64,000 bases of DNA from Amphiscolops sp. MND2022. Its lineage: Eukaryota. Location of the stretch: contig OZ076409.1 of assembly GCA_964187785.1 (NCBI GenBank), forward strand, positions 10,666,001 through 10,730,000. Reading direction: 5' to 3'. The position numbers and the translations under genes are program-made. How positions within the stretch are numbered: position 1 is the first letter of the stretch; each line of letters begins with the position of its first letter. Below the pieces are notes generated by a model, which saw only the letters and a list, made by a program, of their open reading frames with translations, did no database searches and was not told the DNA's origin. Below are positions 54,240 through 64,000 of the stretch, in pieces.

Positions 54240-56045
54240 TATTATGATATATCCGAATTTAGGACGTTATATCCGAACTATGTTGCATTATACCAAAAAA
54301 GAGGCGGAGGTTTGCAATTATTGCGCCCATTTCCGAATTTTTGACGTTACATCCGAACTATATTGCGCTATGCTAAGGAGGAGGCGGAGGTTCGAAAAAA
54401 CCCTTGCATTTGAAGGCGGAAAATATCCCGGTGCACTGCGGGCGTCTTGTTTCTATTACCCTGGTTGAACTTGCTTGAACTTTTCATATGTTCTCTAAAG
54501 TTGCCAGCAACTTTTTCAATGATTTTCTAAATCTCTTACGGAAATTTTATTGCGTTAATATTTCCCTCTTGTCATCAACTTCTATCAAGCTGCTTGAAAG
54601 AATCTTCAAAGTTTTGGCGGCAACTTCAAGCTGTGAAGTTTTGCAGGTTTTATTATGCACCAGTTCTGTTTCTGAAAGCAATTGAGAGGTCAACGATTTT
54701 GCCGCCATATTAATGCAAATCAACTTCATTCACAATGTAAAAAAGAAATCAGCGTCATCTTCAGCATCCTGTGTGAGAAACGGTGATTAAATCAGAGTAG
54801 TAGTTGAGAAATAAATGTGTGAATTCAACGTGATCAAGCCAATAACGAAAGGGGAAATTTTTTCAAATTCAGTGTACAGTACAAATTTTAGAAAATGCAG
54901 TGTTCACAAGCTCGTCTTGTAAATTATTCAAGAATGTAGCCGGGCTGACGAAAAGACAGCCAGTGATTTGTGAGAAAACTTTCGAAGTTTATGTTTTGAT
55001 TGCAAGTCCAGTGTAGTTGTTACGTTAACTCTGAACCACCAAAAGCCGTAGCACCTTTGGAAAGCAATGTTTCCGATCTACTCTGAATGCTAACTACACG
55101 CCCGCAAAAATACCGCATGCCATCGGGCACTTCATCAGGAAATGTGTTTGCATCGCTGAGCGTGTTGTTGTTGATTCTGTTCAATGTCAACCCGTTTGAA
55201 CCAACCATTCCAGATTGTTGTTGATGTTTACTTTGGTGCTTTCAATGCTTTGACGTTTTAAGTCGGCGCTTTTTCTAAAAGAAGAGTCGACTATAGTCAT
55301 GGCTTTTCGTCAATATTTTTTTGATACACCTGAAGTGACCAAAATAGGTCTACCAAACGTTCTACAAAATTTTGAATTGTACCTGTTGGGCCAGGGAACT
55401 GAACCAAAAAGTTTTTCTTTTTTCCGCGTAACAGATAATACCGGAAGAGACAAAAGAGTCCCCTTCACTTTTTTGGAGTTTTGAGAGAAAGTTGGTGTTG
55501 CAAAATCCCAAAAGGTCCCTCTTTCAGATTTTTTTCGGCATTATGAGAAATTTTCAACATTTTGTTTCCACCAAAGGGTCCCATTTTATTGATTATTCGC
55601 GACCCAATGGATGAAAATCTCGAAGCGTTCCCCTGGCGCGCCAATTCGGAACTTTTTGCCACTTTCGGGTGCTGTAGAAGAGAACACTTCGACACTTTGA
55701 AGTCGTTTCGGTTTTTTCGAGCCTTTAATATGGCCCCGACTTGAGTCGGTCCCGGCTTGCTTAACTTTTTCTTAGGAAATGTCTTCGTAAGTCCTTGGAT
55801 ACTTTTGTTCTCAAGTCAGTTGTAACATTTTCTTCTGGTTGTTGGAGGCTGACTCCATAACTATACCCTAACAAGGTGTAGTTCAGTTTTTTCATCGAGT
55901 TTTTGTTTTCGTCCACCACCACGCTTGAAAAATGTATATCTTGGAATTTTTTCACATAGTCGTAACTGCTTCCCTTGGTTCTTCAAAATTTCCTGATTCA
56001 GCCCAACAAATCTGAAGGCAGAGAAACTTTTTTGGGACTACCTAT

Positions 56046-57679
56046 TGTAACAAAAGCGACGGCATTTTGTACCAAATTACACCGGAAACCGATAACACAC
56101 TGCTCAGGCGTCCTACCGATCTGAACCTAATCCTAGAACTCTTAACTTATGCTTAGTTTATTAATCTAGTAAAGTGTTCAATTGCGTTGAATTTTACCTG
56201 TTTAAACCAGTTATCCAGTTTATTATTTTGACCTAAGGTCAAACTGACTGCGTGCAAAATACTTATTGACTCTTATCAATCAATCAACCATTATGCTGTT
56301 TTATAGATTAATGTATTTGTTTTGATGCATAATTGTGAACCAGTCCTCAAAATCTAAAGTGCAAAGAAAAATAACGAATGTAAAAACAAATGAGATTGCT
56401 TTCAATACATTAAAGTTTTGATTGAGATGCTAGTAATTGTGAGAAGGAAACGCGTTCAACTGGTATTGCGATGCAGTCCAGTTGACGCGTGGTCACATTA
56501 GCAATTACCCAATCAAATTGCTTGTGCAATTAGTTATTACCTACAATCAATAGGACGATGCGACCATTTTCAAATACATGTAGTTAGTTAGTCTGTTGGT
56601 GCAGTTACTCTGACGATAAGTCAAGTGTTTGTTTAGTAGTCAAATGCATGAAATGTTGCTGTTAGCAAGTATGTAAAAATATCATATTTACTAGTATAAT
56701 TCCCATGACCTGTTATGTAAGTTGACGTCACATCCCATTTGCCTTATGTCCTATTTATAGATACTATGACGTAATTGATAGGGTGTATCTATTTATATCA
56801 TGACATCATATGCCATTTCTGTAACATGACGCCCCACATATTGAGTGTCATGGTGCGATAAGTATGAATATCGGGATGATAATCATACTGCGATACCTCT
56901 ATTCAGTCAGCTTGTTCAATCTCAAACTCGAAATATCACTCTTGTTCTTGTGACGATAGTAGTCTTCATTTTTCAATTTGATTCCTATTTGTGCCTTAGG
57001 TCTAATAGTCTGACTTGATGATCAGTGATTTCAACAAGAAATTCAATCTTACAACTCTTTGTCATGCCTTCAACTAGGAAGCAAAAGGCGCTCTAGAAAA
57101 ACTCTAGAGAATGTGGATATCATGTTAGGTAAAATCCCTGAGAAAGGTTTTGAAAGATATGAAGTCGTAGGAGAGTTAGAAACTGACCTTGAGTCAGAAG
57201 GACTGCAAAAAGAAACTAGCCAAGCAGGCGAGAAATTTAGATCACTACTAGACACTGATACTAGTGTAAATAGTGAGATAACTGCCGAAACTAGTGGTGC
57301 AATTTATTCAGAACTTACTTCGCAAATATCTAGAAAGTTAGAAGAGGTCAAAATGGATCTAAATGCTCCCATTCTTGAAGCTATTATTCTGGCAATTGAG
57401 GACAAGGTATTACCAACCATCCAAATGCCCTAAATTTGTACAATGCCGATTCTAGTGAAAATTTGGATATTCAGTCAGACAGACCGCATCAAAGCAAAAT
57501 TGGCCAAATGACTCTGAAATGTGACCCTCGGTCAGATGGACCGCATCAAAGCGAGAATAGCAGATCAAGCTGCAAATCACGTGTAGATCTTCGCAAAGTG
57601 AATTCTACAAGGAATACCCGCAATAATCACCTCAGTGAGAGTTCCGTGCACTCTTATGAGAGTGTTGAAGGTTATGACT
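56046..57679 (+). mobile_element. Probable degraded solo LTR related to 51001-52787
   Basis: MPSTRKQK at 57064 and homologous peptide ...SRKLEEVKMDLNAPILEAI...KVLPTIQ; ends TGTAACA...TATGACT with CCTAT/CATAT flanks (boundaries tentative). Confidence 0.5.
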
Positions 57680-59705
57680 CATATCGTTGAGTTTCTCAAC
57701 CTTGGTTGTCAGCATCAAAAGGTTTGTTCTCAGGAAAGGTTTTAACTAGTGATTCAATATTATATTCAATCAATCAATATTATATTCCGGGAACCCATCT
57801 AACCTGTGCATTGTTTTTTCGCAGTCTTGATAAAAAAATTTTCACTGAATACTGAAATTATTCCAAGATTTGACCAACTGTGTTCCTTGTACATAATGAG
57901 ATTCTATATTTCTGTGTAACTACTTCGTTCAATACTGTATTTCAAAAATCATTTTGTATTGAAGGCGCAGTGGTAATGTTGAAATTTTCGTATCTTGTTG
58001 CAAGATATCCTGAAACTTTGATTAATTGTGAATTTCGAAAATTCAAAAAATAAAGTTACAGAATTCTCTGACTAGAATGAAGGCTTCTACAGAACCAAGA
58101 GGTCAACCAAGGAAACCAAATGGTTTGCAACCGAGAGTAAAACAAAGTGGTTTGCAAATGGGCATTATCCAAAAAACAAGCAAAACAACTTGTAGGTAAT
58201 CCCTAGTTGAAACAGCAGCAACTTTTTACATGCTGCAGGCCTGCATGCGGGGTAATTTTTAAAAATAAAACCTAAAAAACTTAGTAAACGTCGGGTCATA
58301 AATCATGTACAATTACGCTGCATTTTCCACTCCTGCAATTAAATTTGAAAATAAATTCCGCTCCATTACCTACACGATCACTTTGTAATCGCACTTTGTT
58401 TTCCTAACTTCTCATCAGATTTGATCACCGGTTCTCAAGTAGCATGCTAGCATGCTAAACAAGACGCTGCTTTGCACTTTATTACGCGACTGAAAAATTT
58501 TGCATCAATTTAGAGATATAAGTGATATCAACTTATTTGCTTTCAAAATTGTGACTGCTGCTTATTGAAACTTGCAAAACTTGATGGCTTCAATTTGCTG
58601 CCAACACTTTGACGAATCTTTCATGCAACTTGATGAAAGTTGAATACAACAGGAAAGTATTTTCGCATGAAGGTTTCTGTAAGAGTTCTAGACAATCATA
58701 GTAAAAGTTGCTTGCAACATTGAAGTACATTCAAAAAGTTCAAGCAGTTTTAACAAGGGATTACATGACATCTGGTGTAATTGAATGTAGTCAGATTGTC
58801 AAGTACCTGCTATCAGTTAATTGTGAGAAAGTCCCACTCACCAGTTTTAGTCAAGATACGCATACTTGCCAATTTAAAGTTTGTTGCCAACTCCTGTTTA
58901 CTTGCAAAGTTCAGTTTAGCTAGCGTTACCAAAACACTTACCTGCATTTTTAAAATTAGCACAAAACAATTCCTAGACGGTATTTTAAGGACACGTTGAC
59001 AATAAAGCTTCGCAAAATCTCCTGAAAAACTTGACTTCCTAATTTTTTTTGCCACAGAAAGTCGAAAACACGAACACTTTCCGCAATCAAAGTTGGAGCA
59101 ACAACTCATGTAAACTCCCCTGTCGATTGTCAACAAGTTCGTGACAGTTTGAATCTCAAGAAGTCTTTTTTGTTTCCAGCCAAGACCGAAGCAATTTTAT
59201 CAAACAAAATACTTTCTCAAAAACATATGTTTCTTTTCTATTTATCAAGATGATCTTGATTTGACAACTTGTTCGATTAGTAAGGTTGAAAGCACCTGGT
59301 TATTATAAAACAAAATACAACCCTAACTTCTTTATCACAGGTTGAACATCTTGGCCTGACAAGTCCACTCCTCAGTCGACAATGCATCGTTCGTTCAATA
59401 AAGCCCTATTTCACGCAACATGGAGCTCCGAAATATATATGTTTCAAAATGGTTAGCCTAGGCATTGATCAGCATTTTGAAATCAGGTTGCGTTTAACTG
59501 GAATAGAGCTTGAAAGTTTGAACAGGTTGAATAGGTGAGTTAGTCTAACAAAGCCACCTAACAACATCAATGACTTTGTGACTCCATTAACTAACGCTGA
59601 ACCATCAATTTAGAATGTTTGAGTTGCTCTAATTGAAGTTTTCTGTCTCAAGTTTTTTGGTCCTTGAACTTTGACTATATTGTTCATTTCTCCATACAAG
59701 GCTAA

Positions 59706-60300
59706 ACAAGCCGGAAACGTCATAAATTGGCGGATTATCTAAAGCTCAAAAATAGCAAAAGAACTTCCGAGTGTCAAGGATTCTCTTTTGAAGTACCCGA
59801 AAAACCCAAAAGTTGGACCGAATTGGCGCGCTAAAAGCGGGGACCCTTTGGGATTTTTCAACATCCATTCTGTTGCAAAACATCAAAAAATGATATTACA
59901 TGGAGACCTGATATTACATGGGACCTTTTGGGGACCTTAAAATTTTTTCGAAAAAAGTCTCACAATTCCGAAAAAACTGAAAGGTGACCTTTTGTGATTT
60001 TTCAAAATCCGTTCTGTCGCAAAACATCAGAAAAATTGAAGGGGGCGCTTTGGAGAAAACAAATGTCAAAAAAGTCTCAAAAGGCAAAAAAACTGAAAGG
60101 GGGATCCTTTAGTCTCTTTCGGTATGGTATGTTACGCTGAAAAAAAGGAACAACCTTTTTGGCTCAGTTCCCTAGGCCAAATGGTTCAATTTGACACTTT
60201 GAAGCTTAGTAGAACTTTGTAGAACTTTTTTGATCAGTTCGTGTGGAAAAAAAGAGTCACTAGTTCATTCGTGTTCCACTTTATGACGCGCCGACTAAAA
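59706..60300 (-). repeat. Abundant dispersed repeat family (also ~38790-39277, ~55260-55760; end fragments near 34016, 34868, 45610)
   Basis: Shared GGAACTGAACCAAAA, TTTCAGATTTTT and terminal GCCGACTT.GGCCGTTCCCGGCTTGTT-like motifs. Confidence 0.65.
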
Positions 60301-60835
60301 AGAGGTTTTTTGTCGAACCGACGAACCATCAAGACGAAGCAGTCTGTTTCCAAGAATTTGTTTCATATTTTAAACCATTGCAAATGAAAGAATTGTACCC
60401 ACAAGTTCCAACATTGATTGAGAACCTCAGATGATTTCATCATTTTTTAGGCAACGTTAAGTTACCAATTGGTTTACAAAGGCTGTATGCACTTCAAGTG
60501 TGAAACTGTCTATGATAGGATAACGTTGCTCTTGTTGAGTCGCTTGAAATACCTGCAAACTTTTTATACTGGAAATTCCGAAATGTTACGCTCTTGCATG
60601 ATACATTCCTCTTTGACCTTTTCATCGAACTTTTTTGTTCGGAAATAATTTCCCCTGAGTCTAGTTACTTTTGCAAGCCCAAAAATTGACACCGTGATCG
60701 TATTTTTCACATTTTCTTCAAAAGGTTTCTTTTACACTGGCTTCAACTTTCTTTCTGTGAGACCATTTGACAGGGGTTACTTTCTCATTTTCCTGATGAG
60801 CTTTAAAATTTAATTTGCATTTGAGCTCAATTTGC

Positions 60836-61351
60836 ACACCATCGATGGCATCACAACTTTTTCCGATTGGCATCGATGGACCATCGATGGTCATCGATGG
60901 GATTTCAATTATAGCGCAACGCGTTGTGGCCCCTTGGGAGCCTTTTAAAGCGCTTTTTATCGCGCCTGAAAATCACTCATTTCGATTTTTTTGCCAAAAC
61001 TGGTTCTTTTTAATTGGTTGTTGCTCAACTAGTAGCAGTGTGACGTCCGAAAAGTTTCCGCTACATAATGCAGTTTCGCCAGAAACAATTTGACAATTTT
61101 GAGATCTGTCAAATTTAGGGCGTAATTGTATCGAAAACGGAAAATCTTCAGATACAACGATGCCCGATCAGTAGATTTGAGTCTAAACGACGTGAAAAAT
61201 TGCAGTTTTGGTTGAATCTATAGAATCCGCCGAAATTTTGAACATGGACGTTTCGAACGAATTTTTGTGATTAAAAAAATTCAAGTTCCATCGATGGAAT
61301 CATCTCACAAAAACCAATGGACTGCGATGGCCATCGATGAAATGCGATGGG
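60836..61351. mobile_element. MITE-like element with CCATCGATGG palindromic subterminal repeats
   Basis: CATCGATG clusters at 60839-60901 and 61288-61351. Confidence 0.5.
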
Positions 61352-61901
61352 ATCCCAGTACGGGCAGCTTCTTGCTACTTGTCTTTTTTGTGCTCAACAG
61401 CTTCTTAACAAATCATAGCTTCACTGAATGCTTCTGGTTTCTTGGAATTTTGAGTTTTGAGACTGCAACTTTTACCAAAACACGCATGTGATTTACTGGA
61501 TTTTTTTCTCGTTTCATTCTTTTTGCTTATTTTCATCTGACAAGTTTTTAGTTTCACTTCATTATTGTATCGTTAAAAGTTTGTACACACTGTTCAGTAG
61601 GTATAGCGACATTTGTTATCAAGCGACATTTGTTATCAAACGACATTTGTTATCATTTTTGAAAAAGCGACTTTTGTTACCATTTTTGAAAAAGCGACTT
61701 TTGTTATCAAATCTAAAAAGGGTACATTTGTTATCAAAACATGTATAGTGTTTTATATACTCAAACATTATAACGATAATCTTACACCCCGTTCATTTTG
61801 AGAATTTGTTTGCTAGCAAAAGGGATTTGTGCGAAATAGAAAGTTTTCGTTCACTTCATCGGCTCATTTTTTTCCATATGTCGTTATAACTAGATTCTTG
61901 A

Positions 61902-62720
61902 CCCATGTTGAGCTTTCCTTGACAATCTGCACAGATCTGTGAGACTTTTTTCCTTGAGGATCTGTAAAGATCGTGCCACTGCTACGTAAGGACAACTGCA
62001 GATCTGCAAGGATCTTTACAGATGTTCAAGGATTTTCTGTACAGATTTTTCTCGAAATTTTTTTCCGGAGATTCTGGGAAACAATATACATGTATTGCAT
62101 TTTTGGGATTCTTCAACAAGTATTTTTGCAGACCAATTCTCAGTCAGTTGAAAGTCTTCATCGCCCAAAATTCTTGAGCAGGAAAGCTTGTCCCCATCAC
62201 AGTAATTTTGATGTGGGGAATGTTTGGTATTGGTTTTGCACGCCAATTTATCCATTTCACTTGAACTTTCCAGAAGCGGTTGTTCAACTTTGAGAGGCCT
62301 GTTTGCCATATTGACTTCGATTTGGCGGATGTAATTAGACATGTGACTACCGTCTGGGTTGATCGAGGTGTTGATAAAGTGACGTGGTTGTAATATTGCG
62401 GGAACATGGTTTGCTGGAGTAGTTTTAGTAATTGCTCGACACTTGGAATACGTTATAGTAATTTATTGGTCATTTTCGTATGGTTAATTTTTGACAAATC
62501 CTGGAATATCTGTCAGGATCTGAACAGATCTGTACAGATTCGCACAGAAATTTTTTTCAAAACTTCAACTAGGAGGCGTGTTTATCTTGTAGTGCACTTT
62601 TCATTCAATTAGTTTCAATTTCAAAACTGTTTTTTGACTTGTTTTTTTCCGACAAATCCTGGAATATCTGTCAGGATCTATACAGATCAGTACAGATTCA
62701 CAGGGAGTGCTCAACATGGG
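61902..62720 (-). mobile_element. Inverted copy of the ~820-bp CCCATGTTGAG element
   Basis: Same TIR as 25685-26505 and homologous interior in reverse orientation. Confidence 0.82.
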
Positions 62721-63082
62721 GTTTTCAATAGATAGAAAAGACTTCAAGTCTTACAGCCAAGTCTTACAGAAAGTTCCGTGTTACAGCCATCAGTTCTGAA
62801 AAGCTTCAAACTGTGGTTTCAGTTTCTCTCGAAGTTTTGAACAAGCGGCTGTTCACGTCTTAGGTTTCTGCTAACTCAACCTTCCATGATATGAGACTTG
62901 ATGCTAAACTTTCCCTGTGTTGCATTCGCAATAAGATTAACATAAAATAGCACGGTCGGTAGAGTACGGGATGCCGAAACCTAAGGTTACCGGTTCTATT
63001 TCCGGTAACAGTCAATATTTGTATATGGAATATTCTGTTATTTCAAATATTATGTTTTTCTAATGGACTAAAATACTTTCGA

Positions 63083-63240
63083 AGGGGGCACGACAATTCG
63101 TGCACACGGCATTTCGTACACACGAAATCTCGTACAAAAACCAAAACCAGACATTTCGTACAAAAGCGAAACCAGACATTTCGTACAAAAACGAAACCGG
63201 ACATTTCGTACAAAAATGAAACCCGACATTTCGTGCAATT
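63083..63240. repeat. ~24-bp tandem GACATTTCGTACAAAAACGAAACC array
   Basis: 5-6 units following GGGGGCACGACAATTCGTGC. Confidence 0.7.
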
Positions 63241-64000
63241 TATATTATACAACTTATTATAACGCAGTCAGCTATGTTCACATACCCTTAGTGCCCTAAA
63301 TGCAGGAGCGAAGCGAAGCGGAGCGACGTGCTATACAACATATATGCTAACCTCTTTAATTGAATCAAGTTCCATACATATTGGCTGTAACAGCACTGAA
63401 AGCTAGTCCTAGCTTCCTAATTTTTTTTGCCACAGAAAGTCAAAAACACGAACACTTTCCGCAATCAAAGTTGGAGCAACAACTCATGTAAACTCCCCTG
63501 TCGATTGTCAACAAGTTCGTGACAGTTTGAATCTCAAGAAGTCTTTTTTGTTTCCAGCCAAGACCGAAGCAATTTTATCAAACAAAATACTTTCTCAAAA
63601 ACATATGTTTCTTTTCTATTTATCAAGATGATCTTGATTTGACAACTTGTTCGATTAGTAAGGTTGAAAGCACCTGGTTATTATAAAACAAAATACAACC
63701 CTAACTTCTTTATCACAGGTTGAACATCTTGGCCTGACAAGTCCACTCCTCAGTCGACAATGCATCGTTCGTTCAATGAAGCCCTATTTCACGCAACATG
63801 GAGCTCCGAAATATATATGTTTCAAAATGGTTAGCCTAGGCATTGATCAGCATTTTGAAATCAGGTTGCGTTTAACTGGAATAGAGCTTGAAAGTTTGAA
63901 CAGGTTGAATAGGTGAGTTAGTCTAACAAAGCCACCTAACAACATCAATGACTTTGTGACTCCATCAACTAACGCTGAACCATCAATTTAGAATGTTTGA

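Larger units (their letters stand above)
59035..64000. repeat. Direct duplication: 59035-59622 repeated at 63413-64000 (runs off the window)
   Basis: Near-identical over at least 588 bp at offset 4378. Confidence 0.9.

Overview
Repeat-dense, AT-rich eukaryotic (animal-type) genomic DNA; no prokaryotic features, rRNA or CRISPR. The main feature is a young 19.2-kb Ty3/Gypsy LTR retrotransposon on the minus strand (2518-21747; 734-bp LTRs differing at 2 sites I could see). Its single ~3255-codon Gag-Pol frame, interrupted by two nonsense codons, has an unusual architecture: a long coiled-coil Gag extension, two CCHC knuckles, a degenerate protease copy in tandem with the active protease, a dUTPase-like relic, RT, RNase H, and an integrase followed by AT-hooks, a Cys cluster and two TARG1/Poa1p-like macrodomains. 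A separate intact 1455-aa ORF3 sits in the env position, has an SGNH/GDSL-esterase-like domain, and is preceded by a splice acceptor. The rest of the window holds eight phase-compatible exons of an unidentified plus-strand host gene (26708-47108), a decayed Mag-like Gypsy element (27939-33434), two probable solo LTRs carrying coding sequence, deleted hAT and Tc1 transposons, several CCC...GGG/2-bp-TSD non-autonomous elements, tRNA-derived SINE-like heads and three recent local duplications. All domain calls were made by eye from motifs and need profile or structure confirmation.
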